Assembly: GCA_963805975.1 (NCBI GenBank)
Contig: CAWDVR010000005.1
Span: 544,001-608,000, forward strand
DNA from: an uncultured Acidobacteriota bacterium
Lineage (GTDB): Bacteria; Acidobacteriota; Thermoanaerobaculia; Multivoradales; SZUA-115
DNA length: 64,000 bases
Reading direction: 5' to 3'
Below, in pieces: positions 52,207-62,160 of this stretch (position 1 is its first letter; each line of letters begins with the position of its first letter). Position numbers and translations under genes: made by a program. Below the pieces are notes generated by a model. That model was given only the letters and a program-made list of their open reading frames with translations. It did not search any database and was not told where the DNA came from.

Positions 52207-54117
52207 ATGACCTCATACCTCCTCGACACTCGCGTTTGGTTCCTCTACCTCACCAACCCCTCCAAGCTGCCGGCGCAGCTCAAACAAGTCGTCGACGACT
52301 ACCGCGATCGATGCTGGCTGTCGCCGGCGTCGGTGCTGGAGCTCGCGGCGCAGATCGAGCGCGGCCGAGTCCGGCTCGACTCCGATCTCGGCTCCTGGCT
52401 CAAGGCCACGCGCCGGCGCCTGGCGCTCAAGGAGGCCGCGCTGACCACGGAGATCGCGGTGCGCAGCGGCAAGCTGGAGATCGCCGGCGGCGACTCGGTG
52501 GACCGCCTGCTCGCCGCCACCGCGATCGAGCTCGGACTGACTCTGGTGACGCTCGATCGCCACCTGATGACCGTCGCGGGGCTGGCGACGCTCGTCCTCT
52601 CGGAGAGGCCGGTGGAGGCCGTGCCCGAGCCGCCGGAGGCCTTGAATTTGCCGGCCGAATCGCCCGTGCAGCCGGTGTCGGTTGCCGCTCCGGTGGCCAT
52701 CGAGCCACCGCCGGTGGAGCTGGCACCGCCGACTCCCGAGCCCGCGAAGGCCCCGGAGTTTCCCCGCGCCGTGCCGCCTCTCCGGCTGGCCCGGCCGCCG
52801 CGCGAAGTCGACACTCCGCCCGAGCCCACACCGATTCGGCTCCCTGAGCCGGAACGCACGCCGGAGGAGGAAGCGGCCCACACCGCGGCGGACCTGCGAA
52901 GTGTGATCCGCGCCATCCCGCAGCATCCGGTCGCGACCACGCATGAAGATTTCTCTTCCTTGGGGCTCTCGGAGCCCATCCTGCGCTCGGTGGCGCGCAT
53001 CGGCTTCACCCACCCGACGCCGATCCAGGCGGCGGTGATCCCGGCGGCCCTGACCGGCCGCGACATCATCGGCCTCGCGCAGACGGGCTCCGGCAAGACG
53101 GCGGCCTTCTGCCTGCCGCTCGCCGAGCGCCTCACCCACGGCCGCGGAGTGCGCGGCCTGATCCTGTCGCCGACGCGCGAGATCGCGCTCCAGACCCAGG
53201 CCTTTCTCGAGGTCTTCGGCAAGGACCACGACCTCGAGACCGTGTGTCTGATCGGTGGCGTCGCCATGGGGCCGCAGATCCAGGGCCTGCGCGGCGAGCC
53301 GGACATCGTGGTGGCGACCCCCGGGCGCCTGCTCGACCACTTGCGCCGGCGCAACGTGAAGCTCGACCGCCTCGAGGAGCTGGTCTTCGACGAGGCCGAC
53401 CACATGCTGGACCTGGGCTTCATGCCCCAGATCCAGGAGATCCTCGAGTTCCTGCCGCCCAAGCGCCGGACGATGATGTTCTCGGCCACCATGCCCGAGG
53501 CGATCGAGCGGCTGGCCCGCCGCCTGATGGCCGACCCGGTGCGGGTGGACATCCTGCCCCAGGGCCGCGCGGCCGAGGGCATCAGCCACCGGCTCTACCT
53601 GGTGTCGCCGGACGACAAGAAGGCCTGCCTGCTCGCCCTCCTGCACCAGGAGCTGGGCTCGACGCTGGTCTTCATCCGCCGCAAGGTGGACGCCGAGTGG
53701 CTCTGCAAGATCCTCGGCAACGAGGGCCACCCGGTGGAGCGCATCCACTCGGACCTGTCGCAGGGCCAGCGCACGGACGCGTTGCAAGGTTTCCGCGAGG
53801 GCGAGCACCGCATCCTGGTGGCGACCGACATCGCGGCCCGCGGCCTCGACATCCCCCGCATCCAGCACATCGTCAACTTCGACCTGCCCGAGACCGTGGA
53901 GGACTACATCCACCGCGCCGGGCGCACCGCCCGCGGCACGCTGCGCGGCACGGTCTCCTCGATCGCTATCTGGCAGGACAAGGTGATGATCCGGGACATC
54001 GAGGACGCGCTGGGCAAGGAGATCCCGCGCTGCACGCTGCCGGGGGTCGAGCCCTGGCAGGAGATGAAGACCCGCCCCCGCGGCCGGCACCGGCTGCCCA
54101 TGCGCCGCCGGGTCTGA
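52207..54117 (+). CDS. VapC-like PIN domain fused to a DEAD-box RNA helicase
   Basis: N-terminal YLLDT...SVLE...DSVDR...TLD; Pro-rich linker; Q motif (GFTHPTPIQ), AQTGSGKT, PTRE, TPGRL, DEAD, SAT, ARGLD, HRAGRTAR. Confidence 0.88.
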   Translation: MTSYLLDTRVWFLYLTNPSKLPAQLKQVVDDYRDRCWLSPASVLELAAQIERGRVRLDSDLGSWLKATRRRLALKEAALTTEIAVRSGKLEIAGGDSVDRLLAATAIELGLTLVTLDRHLMTVAGLATLVLSERPVEAVPEPPEALNLPAESPVQPVSVAAPVAIEPPPVELAPPTPEPAKAPEFPRAVPPLRLARPPREVDTPPEPTPIRLPEPERTPEEEAAHTAADLRSVIRAIPQHPVATTHEDFSSLGLSEPILRSVARIGFTHPTPIQAAVIPAALTGRDIIGLAQTGSGKTAAFCLPLAERLTHGRGVRGLILSPTREIALQTQAFLEVFGKDHDLETVCLIGGVAMGPQIQGLRGEPDIVVATPGRLLDHLRRRNVKLDRLEELVFDEADHMLDLGFMPQIQEILEFLPPKRRTMMFSATMPEAIERLARRLMADPVRVDILPQGRAAEGISHRLYLVSPDDKKACLLALLHQELGSTLVFIRRKVDAEWLCKILGNEGHPVERIHSDLSQGQRTDALQGFREGEHRILVATDIAARGLDIPRIQHIVNFDLPETVEDYIHRAGRTARGTLRGTVSSIAIWQDKVMIRDIEDALGKEIPRCTLPGVEPWQEMKTRPRGRHRLPMRRRV

Positions 54118-54130
54118 GGCGCGAGGAACC

Positions 54131-54310
54131 ATGCTCGAGCCGGTCGAGGTGGCCTGCCCCTACTGCGGGGAGATCGTCGAGATCACGCTCGAGCCCGGCG
54201 AGGAAGGCTCGTTCGTCCAGGACTGCGAGGTCTGCTGCAATCCCTGGCAGGTCACCGCCCGCCGCGACCGGGACGGCGACTTGGACGTCCGGGTCGAGCG
54301 GGCCCAGTAG
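54131..54310 (+). CDS. CPXCG-motif cysteine-rich small protein (59 aa, absent from the ORF track)
   Basis: GAGG ribosome-binding site; MLEPVEVACPYCGE...QDCEVCCNPW...VERAQ. Confidence 0.85.
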   Translation: MLEPVEVACPYCGEIVEITLEPGEEGSFVQDCEVCCNPWQVTARRDRDGDLDVRVERAQ

Positions 54311-54317
54311 AAATCTT

Positions 54318-54433
54318 CCCCTCACCCTAGCCCTCTCCCCGCGAGCGGGGAGAGGGCTAGGGTGCGGTAGCCTCCGCGGGCGGGTGGTGGCGCCCTCGCC
54401 CCGCGTGAGCGGGGAGAGGGTCGGGGTGAGGGG
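54318..54433. repeat. Pair of inverted REP-like palindromic elements
   Basis: CCCTCACCCTAGCCCTCTCCCCGCgaGCGGGGAGAGGG followed by an inverted copy ending GGGGAGAGGGTCGGGGTGAGGGG, between convergent genes. Confidence 0.8.
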
Positions 54434-55072
54434 CTACCCCCGCAGCCGCACGCCCTTCAGCATCGCCAGGAACTTCTCCCGTTCGGCGCCGAGCGTGGCG
54501 TCCGGCCCCATCACCTTGAAGAACCAGGGCCCCCCCGGCCCTTCCACCACGGCGCCGAACAGGCGTCCGCCCGGCTGCGGCGCGGTCGGCCCCATTCCCA
54601 TCCCCGAAGGCTTGAGGGTGCCGGCGACGTCGACCCAGGTCACCGGAAGGCCATTGGCCTCGAAGCTCTCGCGTTGCGGCGGCGCCGCGGGCTCCACCTG
54701 ACCGATCCAGCGGTCGAGATTGGCTTCCACGCCACCGCCCTGGCCGGGGCCGAAGAAGAACACCGCGAACTCGGCCGTGCCGCCGGTCCCCTGGATCTCG
54801 CCCTGGGCGATCCGCATGCTCGAGGAGACCGGCGTCTCCTGCCAGCCGGCCGGCAGGGTGTAGACGAGCCCGGCCGAGTTGCGATCCGCGGCCGCCATGG
54901 GCGCCGGCTGGCCGTGCGACGAGAGCGGTGCCAGCTCGCCGCCGGGTCCGGGCGCGGCCGAGGGGGCTGCCGTGGCGGCTGGCGCGGCGCCGTGGTCGGG
55001 AGCCTTGCCACCGCACGCGGCGAGCGGGAGGGCGAGAAGGGCGGCGGCAAGAGCGAAGGCGAAGCGAGTCAT
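54434..55072 (-). CDS. Hypothetical lipoprotein
   Basis: LAAC lipobox; PAGW, GGGVEANLDRW..Q, GPWFFK motifs. Confidence 0.75.
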   Translation of the reverse strand: MTRFAFALAAALLALPLAACGGKAPDHGAAPAATAAPSAAPGPGGELAPLSSHGQPAPMAAADRNSAGLVYTLPAGWQETPVSSSMRIAQGEIQGTGGTAEFAVFFFGPGQGGGVEANLDRWIGQVEPAAPPQRESFEANGLPVTWVDVAGTLKPSGMGMGPTAPQPGGRLFGAVVEGPGGPWFFKVMGPDATLGAEREKFLAMLKGVRLRG

Positions 55073-55166
55073 TCGGGTCTCCTTGGGCTGGGATGGGCGG
55101 CCACAGGGTATCGAACCCCTGGCAAGGGTTCAATGCTCCTAGCTCTTGTACGGAGAGCCGCCTGCC

Positions 55167-55282
55167 GGATGGATTCCCGCTTTCGCGGGAATGACCCAGA
55201 TGTAAAACGGCACACTCAAACTCTCCGGCCCGTCTCGCGGTCGCCGTACTTTCGTCATTCCCGCGAAAGCGGGAATCCATCC
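55167..55282. repeat. Inverted pair of ATTCCC-N8-GGGAAT palindromic repeats
   Basis: GGATGGATTCCCGCTTTCGCGGGAATGAC (55167-55195) and its exact reverse complement GTCATTCCCGCGAAAGCGGGAATCCATCC (55254-55282). Confidence 0.85.
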
Positions 55283-55287
55283 AAGGC

Positions 55288-55354
55288 TTGACATCTCTCG
55301 CCGCACATGGATAATGACTGACTGTTCAGTCAACTGAACGCCCATTCAGTCATT
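55288..55354 (+). promoter_or_regulatory. Sigma-70 promoter overlapped by putative TetR operators
   Basis: TTGACA (55288) - 16 nt - GATAAT (55310); palindrome TGACTGA-ctgt-TCAGTCA and a second ACTGAA-N6-TTCAGT. Confidence 0.75.
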
Positions 55355-55393
55355 CCATCCTCATTCATCTATAGCACCGCAAGAGGCAGTTGC

Positions 55394-56002
55394 ATGAAGA
55401 CCAAAGACGAAGTCCTCCAGGAGTTCCGCATCCAGGCCATCCGCGAGGCGGCGGGCCGAGTGGTGGCCGAGAAAGGCATCGAAGCCACCACCATGGAGGC
55501 GATCGCCGAGGCCGCCGGCATCGCCAAGGGCACCATCTACCTCTACTTCAAGAACCGCGAGGATCTGCTGGAGAAAACGGCCGAGCACGCGCTCGGCGGC
55601 CTGGTGAGCGAGATGGAGTCCACCGTCGGCGACGGCGGGCCGTTCCGCCAGCAGTTCGAAGCCTTCATCCGGCGCACGCTGCAGTTCTTCGACACCCAGC
55701 GCGATTTCTTCCGCCTCTACCGTGCTGTGGTGGAGCACGCCGGCCGTTGCGAGGTGCGGCATCAGCACCCCCTCTACCAGCGCTACCTGCGGGACCTCAC
55801 CGGCTGGCTCGCCGCCGCTACTTCGCGCGGCGACATCGCGGCCGGTGACCCGCAACGCGTCGCGCTGGTGTTGGCGGAGGCCATCCACGCCGTGCTCATG
55901 CAGCGCGCGCGGGAAGAGGAGCGACGGCCGATCGAGGAGGAGGCCGCATGGCTCTCGGCCCTGCTGCTCGACGGCATCGCCCCCCAGGGAGGCCGGTCAT
56001 GA
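55394..56002 (+). CDS. TetR/AcrR family regulator
   Basis: TTMEAIAEAAGIAKGTIYLYFKNREDL helix-turn-helix. Confidence 0.95.
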   Translation: MKTKDEVLQEFRIQAIREAAGRVVAEKGIEATTMEAIAEAAGIAKGTIYLYFKNREDLLEKTAEHALGGLVSEMESTVGDGGPFRQQFEAFIRRTLQFFDTQRDFFRLYRAVVEHAGRCEVRHQHPLYQRYLRDLTGWLAAATSRGDIAAGDPQRVALVLAEAIHAVLMQRAREEERRPIEEEAAWLSALLLDGIAPQGGRS

Positions 56003-57321
56003 GGCCCTCGTGCAGGACGACCGCCGTGCTGCTCGGCGCCTGGTTGGCCGCGGCACCCGCGGCCCGTGCCCAGGAGCCCGTGGCCCGCCTCACGTTGCAA
56101 GAAGCTTTCGCGCGGGCGCTCGCGGCCAATGCCGACGTCCTCAGCTCGCGCCTCGAGCAGGTGCGTGCAGAGGAGCGCGTGCGCTACTACCGCTCGTTCA
56201 TCTTCCCGCGCGTCAACTTGACCGGCGCCTACACTCTGAACAAGGACGAGGTCTCCTTCGGCAGCGGCGCCGACCGCCGCGTCATCCAGCCCAAGGCCGA
56301 TTGGAGCGCCACCCTCGGCTTCCGCCAGCCGATCTATGCTGGGGCCCGCGAGTGGCGGGCCTATGCGCAGTCCAAGCTCGAGGTGGAGCAGGCCCAGTCG
56401 CTGGTCGCGGACTCCGAGAACCAGGTGCTGCTCGGGGTCGGCGCCGACTTCATGACTGCGGTCGAGAGCCAGGCGCTGGTCGACGTGGAGCAGAAGAACG
56501 TCGAGCTTTCCCGCCGGCGGATCGAGCAGGCACGCGCCTTCTACGAGGTCGGCGAGGTGACCCAGGTCGACGTGCTGCGGGCCGAGGCGGCGATCAAGGC
56601 TGCCGAGCGCCTGCTCGTCTCGGCCCTGGGAGAGCGCGACAAGGCCGAGGGCAGGCTGCGGGTGGCGCTCGCCGTCGAGGGCGACCTCGAGGTCGTGCCG
56701 CCCGGGGACTTCCTGCCGCCGATGCCGGCCGAGGCGGTCCTGGTGGCGCAGGCGGCCGACGCCTTCCCCGCGCTGCACGATGCCGAGCTCGAGGTCGAGA
56801 TCGCGGCCCTCGAGGTCAAGAAGCAGAAGGGCGCGGCACTGCCGGTGCTCTACGCCGACGGCGGCTGGACGCAGCAGAAGCGCGAGTTCCCCTCCTCGGA
56901 CAACGCCTCGCTGAGCCTCAACCTGCAGGTGCCGCTGTTCACCGCCGGCGAGGTCAGAGCGCAGGTCGAGGAAGCCAGGAGCAAGGAGCACCTGGCGCGC
57001 CTGCGACTCGAAGAGCTGCAGCGCCGCCTGCGCGAGGAGGTCCACGCGGCCCTCCTCGACGTCGAGACCGCCCGCAAGGTGCGTGAGCTGGCCGCGGAAG
57101 AGCTCGAGACCGCCGAGCTCGAGCACTCGCAGGCCTTCGATCTCTACCGGGCCCAGGAGTCGACCGCCCTCGACCTCGAGGCCGCCGAGCTCTCACTCGC
57201 CGGCGCGCGCCGCATCGCCGTCACCGCCGACATCGACGCCAAGATCGCCGAGCTCCGTGCCTGGTACTTCGCCGGAGCCTTGAAACAGGCTTTCGCTTCC
57301 CCAGAAGGAACCACACCATGA
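55999..57321 (+). CDS. TolC family outer membrane efflux protein
   Basis: Signal peptide, LTLQEA..RALAAN, duplicated OEP pattern (FPRVNL / LPVLY; QPIY.G / VPLF..G). Confidence 0.88.
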   Translation: MRPSCRTTAVLLGAWLAAAPAARAQEPVARLTLQEAFARALAANADVLSSRLEQVRAEERVRYYRSFIFPRVNLTGAYTLNKDEVSFGSGADRRVIQPKADWSATLGFRQPIYAGAREWRAYAQSKLEVEQAQSLVADSENQVLLGVGADFMTAVESQALVDVEQKNVELSRRRIEQARAFYEVGEVTQVDVLRAEAAIKAAERLLVSALGERDKAEGRLRVALAVEGDLEVVPPGDFLPPMPAEAVLVAQAADAFPALHDAELEVEIAALEVKKQKGAALPVLYADGGWTQQKREFPSSDNASLSLNLQVPLFTAGEVRAQVEEARSKEHLARLRLEELQRRLREEVHAALLDVETARKVRELAAEELETAELEHSQAFDLYRAQESTALDLEAAELSLAGARRIAVTADIDAKIAELRAWYFAGALKQAFASPEGTTP

Positions 57322-58283
57322 TCGCGCTCCGCCGTAGCTTCCTGCTCTCGGCTCTCCTGGCGGGAGCCTGCCTCGCACTCTCCGGCTGCGGCTCGAAGCC
57401 CGCGGCCACCGCCGACGTGCCGGCGGCCCCGGCCGAGCTGCCGGCCGACGTCGCCGGCGTGGCCTCGGAGCTCGAAAAGGCCTCGGCACCGGCAACGCCT
57501 GCGACCGACCCCGGCACCGCCGCTCCGGCGAAGGCGACCTCGGGCCCCATTACCGCAACTGGAGAGTTCGTCTCGCCCGTGCGCTCCGAGCTGGTGGTGC
57601 GGACCCCCGGCCGGGTGGCCGTGATCCACGCCGACGAGGGCGACCGCGTGCGCCGCGGCCAGGCGCTCCTCGCGCTCGAGACCCAGTACCTGAAGCCGGA
57701 GCTCGAGGGCGCCGAGGCGGACCTCTCCCGCGCCCGGGCGGCGCTCAACGAGGCGAAGAGCGACTTCGAGCGCAAGGAGCAGCTCCTGGCGCGAAACGCC
57801 ATCCCGCAGTCCCTCCACGACCGCTCGCGCGGCGCCTACGAGCAGGCCGGGGCCGCCGTCGCCGCGGCCGAGGCGGCGGCGGGGCTCGCCCGCCAGAAGC
57901 TCGCGGATGCCGTGCTCACCTCGCCCATCGACGGCGTGGTGGCCGAGCGCCGCGCCGACGTGGGCGAGCGCCTGGGGGACAACACCGTGGCCTACGTGCT
58001 GGTGCAGCTCTCGCCCTTGAAGCTCCGCTTCGAGCTGCCCGAGCGCTACCTGTCGCAGGTCAGGAAGGGCTCGAACGTGGTGGCGCAGGTCGATCCGTTC
58101 CCCGGCGAGGTGTTCAGCGGCCGGGTGGCGATGGTGGGGAGCGTGGTCAACGCCGAGAGCCGGGCGTTCCCGGTGGAGGCCGAGTTCGCCAACCGCGACG
58201 CCCGCCTGCGGCCGGGCCTCTTCGCCCGGATCGAGCTCGACGCCGGCGCCGGTCGACGGCCGGCAAGAGGAGACCAGCCATGA
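57318..58283 (+). CDS. RND efflux periplasmic adaptor (MFP) lipoprotein
   Basis: LSGC lipobox, [22 protein letters not shown] motifs. Confidence 0.92.
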   Translation: MIALRRSFLLSALLAGACLALSGCGSKPAATADVPAAPAELPADVAGVASELEKASAPATPATDPGTAAPAKATSGPITATGEFVSPVRSELVVRTPGRVAVIHADEGDRVRRGQALLALETQYLKPELEGAEADLSRARAALNEAKSDFERKEQLLARNAIPQSLHDRSRGAYEQAGAAVAAAEAAAGLARQKLADAVLTSPIDGVVAERRADVGERLGDNTVAYVLVQLSPLKLRFELPERYLSQVRKGSNVVAQVDPFPGEVFSGRVAMVGSVVNAESRAFPVEAEFANRDARLRPGLFARIELDAGAGRRPARGDQP

Positions 58284-61200
58284 ACAAGCTGGCCGAGATC
58301 TGCGTCCGGCGGCCCGTCTTCGCCACGGTGCTGATCCTGTCGCTGGTGGTGGTGGGCATCTTCTCCTACGCCCAGCTCGGAGTGGACCGCTTCCCCAACG
58401 TCGACTTCCCGCTGGTCAACGTCACGACCGTCCTGGTGGGCGCCGCGCCCGAGGAGATCGAGACCGAGATCACGGACAAGATCGAGGAGGCGGTCAACAC
58501 CATCAGCGGCATCGACCAGCTGTTCTCGGTCTCCTCCGAGGGCATCTCGGTGGTCACCGTCCGCTTCGACCTGGAGAAGGACGGCGACGTCGGCGCGCAG
58601 GAAGTGCGCGACAAGGTCAACGGCATCCTGCGCGACCTGCCGGACGATGCCGAGCCGCCGGTGATCGAGAAGATCGACACCGACGCGACGCCGGTCCTGT
58701 CGATCGCGCTCTCGGGCGCGGCGCCGGTCCGCGATCTCTACGAGTTCGCCGACAAGAACCTGCGCCGCCAGATCGAGAGCATCCTGGGCGTCGGCCAGGT
58801 CGCTGATCGTCGGCGGCCGCGCGCGGCAGATCAACGTCGTCCTGGACACCGCCAAGCTCGCCGCCGTCGACCTCACCTCGGCCGACGTGGTGCGGGCGCT
58901 GCAGAGCCAGAACGTGCAGATCCCCGGCGGCAAGGTCGAGCAGGGCGTGCGCGACCTGACGCTGCGCACCTACGGCCGCGTGACGAGGCCGCAGGAGTTC
59001 GCCGACCTCGCCGTCGCCACGCGCGGCGACTACACCGTGCGGGTGCGGGACGTGGCACGCATCGAGGACAGCCAGGCGGAGGTCGAATCGATCGCCTCGG
59101 TCAACGGCGAGCCCGCCGTGGTGCTCTTGGTGCGCAAGCAGTCCGGCACCAACACCATCGCGGTGGTCGATCGCGTCAAGGAGCGGCTCGGGACCCTCGG
59201 CCAGCAGCTTCCGCCTGGCTGGAAGATGCAGCTCACGCGCGACCAGTCGGACTACATCCTGGCCGCGGTCGAGAACGTGCAGGAGCACCTGATCCTGGGC
59301 TCGCTCTTCGCCTCGGCCGTGGTCTGGCTCTTCCTGCGCAAGCTGCGGCCGACGGTGATCGCGGCGGTGGCCATCCCGGCCTCGCTCATCGCCACCTTCG
59401 GCGCCATGGAGTACATGGGCTTCACGCTCAACGTCATCACGCTCCTCGCCCTGACGCTCGCTGTGGGCATCGTGATCGACGACGCGGTGGTAGTGCTCGA
59501 GAACATCTTCCGCTTCATGGAGGAGAAGCAGCAGCCCCCCAGGCAGGCCGCGGTCGAGGGCACGCGCGAGATCGCGCTCGCCGTGCTGGCCACCAGCCTG
59601 TCGCTGATCGCGGTCTTCCTGCCGGTCGCCTTCATGGGCGGCATCGTCGGCCGCTTCATGAACTCCTTCGGCGTCACCATGGCGTTCGCCATCGCGGTGT
59701 CGCTCCTGGTCTCGTTCACGCTGACGCCGATGATGGCCTCGCGCTGGCTGAAGCGCGAGGATCTGTCGGCTGGAGGGGCACACGGCGGGAGCTCGCGCGA
59801 GATCGGATTCTACGCCTGGATCGAGCGCCGCTACCTGAAACTCCTCGACTGGTCGCATGGCCCACCGCTGGGTGGTGGTGACGGTGATGGTGCTGGTGTT
59901 CCTTTCGACCATCCCGCTCTTCAGCGCAGCGAACAAGAACTTCCTGCCCAACGACGACGAGTCGCAGTTCTCGGTCTCGGTGCGGGCGCCGGAAGGCTCG
60001 AGCGTCACCGCGACCGAGACCATCCTGGAGTCGATCGCCACCCGCATCCGCCAGCTCCCGGGCGTCGAGGCCACCGTCATCACCATCGGCGACGACCCGC
60101 AGAAGACCCAGAACCTGGGCTCGGTCTTCGTCGATCTGCTGGCGGTGGGTGAGCGCGACCGGTCGCAGTTCGCGATCATGGACGAGGTACGCAAAGAGGT
60201 CCTGCCGCTCTACGCCAAGCTCGACCTGCGCACGCAGGTGTCGCAGATCTCGGCCATCGGCGGCGGCAACAACGCCGAGATCCAGTTCTGGATCGGCGGC
60301 CCGGACCTCGCCAAGCTCGCCGAGTACTCCGAGGTGCTGCTCGCCAAGCTCAGGGCCATTCCGGGAGCCGCCGACCCGGACAGCAACCTGGTGGTGGGCA
60401 AGCCCGAGCTCTCGGTGCGGATCGACCGCGACAAGGCGGCGGACCTCGGCGTGCGCGTGCAGGACATCGCCCTCACGCTTGAACGTCGCTGGTGGGCGGC
60501 CAGGAGGTGACCGACTTCTACGAGGGTGGCGAGCAGTACGAGGTGCACGTGCGCGCCGCCGAAGAGGACCGGGCGAGCGCCGCTTCCATCCGGCGCGCCG
60601 AGGTGCCCTCGGCCAACCTCGGCACCGTGAAGCTCGAGGACGTGGTCTCGCTCACCGAGAGCGAGGGGCCGTCGCTGGTGAACCGCATCTCCCGCCGCCG
60701 GCAGGTGCTGATCTACGCGAACATGCTGCCCGGCTACTCGTCCCAGACCATCATCGACGCGCTCCACGACGGCGCTCGGCAGCTCAAGATGCCGGCGGGC
60801 TACGCCTACGGCCTCACCGGCCGCTCCCGCGAGCAGGGCAAGGCCGCGGCGAGCTTCGCCATCGCCTTCCTGCTGTCGATCATCTTCATGTACCTGATGC
60901 TGGCGGCGCAGTTCGAGAGCTGGATCCACCCGGTGACGATCCTGCTGGCGCTGCCGATGACGGTGCCGTTCGCGCTGCTCGCGATCGTGGTGCTGGACCA
61001 GAGCGTCAACATCTTCTCGGCCCTGGGGATCCTGGTGCTGTTCGGCATCGTCAAGAAGAACGGCATCCTGCAGATCGACCACATGAACGGCTTGCGCGCC
61101 GAGGGCCATGCCGCGGCACGAGGCGATCCTCCTCGGCAACCGCGACCGGCTGCGGCCGATCCTGATGACCACGCTCGCCTTCGTGGCCGGCATGATCCCG

Positions 61201-61458
61201 CTGGTGTTCTCGAGCGGCACGGGCGCGGGCACCAACCGTGCGATCGGCGCGGTCATCATCGGCGGCCAGACGCTGTCCCTGCTCCTCACCCTCCTCGCGA
61301 CACCGGTGATGTACTCGATCTTCGACGACTGGTCGCAAGCCCGCATCCTGTCGCGGATCTTCCGCCGGAAGAAGCAGGAGCCGATCGAGCCGGGCGGCGG
61401 GTTGCCCGACCGCCAGCCGGAGATCGAGGTGCCGGAGCCGGAGCTCGCGGCACGCTAG
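58280..61458 (+). CDS. AcrB/AcrD/AcrF family RND permease, broken by several frameshifts in this sequence
   Basis: [35 protein letters not shown] and RLRPILMTT motifs are spread over consecutive frames, with shifts near 58801, 59857, 60480 and 61107. Confidence 0.88.
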
Positions 61459-61468
61459 AATGAGCGAC

Positions 61469-61568
61469 GGAAGCGCTCGGGGGCTGGTGCCTTCTGCGGT
61501 CTTCAAAACCGTTGTCCCGTGCCGGTTCCGGCATGGGGGGTGGGTTCGATTCCCATGCGCTTCCGCCA
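61469..61568 (+). tRNA. selC: tRNA-Sec (anticodon UCA)
   Basis: 8-bp acceptor stem GGAAGCGC/GCGCTTCC, 6-bp D stem with TGGT loop, CTTCAAA anticodon loop (TCA at 61503-61505), long variable arm, GGTTCGATTCC T arm, G discriminator and encoded CCA. Confidence 0.95.
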
Positions 61569-61586
61569 ATTCCTAGGAGAGAACCC

Positions 61587-62150
61587 ATGGCCTCAGCTTC
61601 CGCCTTCCTCGCGCTCTGCCTGTTGTCCGCACCTCTTGCAGCGCAGGAGATCGGAACGGCGGGTGGTCGGGGCACGATCACTCGCCAGATCGGATGGAAC
61701 GACGAGACCAAGGAAGCGGTGGTCGAGCAGGTCGGCTTCTCGCCTCGATTTTCCTACGCCTACACCGAGGGCACGGGGGCGGACCGTTTCCAATGGATCG
61801 TCCTCACCGAGAAGGAGCCACCCCTCAAGAGCTGGGCGGGGACCAAGGATCACGCCGAGGCCCGCCGGCTCTGGTGCGAGAAGGAACAGGCCTCGTTCGT
61901 CGCGGTGAAGCTGGATGCCCAGGGCGCGGTCGACCTCTACTTCCTCTGCCCGGCAAACGGCCAGGTCAACACCGAAATGTTGAGCTCCTGGAACGGGCTC
62001 GACAGCGTCGTCATCACCCTCGAAGGCAAAGACCCGAAGCGGATCCAGGGCACTCTGCGCGGCGGTGAGGGATCCTGCCCGGATGCAGAGGGCAGGCAGG
62101 CGTACTGCACCCCACAGGATGACTACACCTTCGACGCTCCCCGTCGCTAG
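61587..62150 (+). CDS. Hypothetical exported protein
   Basis: AGGAGA ribosome-binding site, signal peptide ending LAA-Q, four Cys in the mature part. Confidence 0.65.
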   Translation: MASASAFLALCLLSAPLAAQEIGTAGGRGTITRQIGWNDETKEAVVEQVGFSPRFSYAYTEGTGADRFQWIVLTEKEPPLKSWAGTKDHAEARRLWCEKEQASFVAVKLDAQGAVDLYFLCPANGQVNTEMLSSWNGLDSVVITLEGKDPKRIQGTLRGGEGSCPDAEGRQAYCTPQDDYTFDAPRR

Positions 62151-62160
62151 ATTGCGCGGC

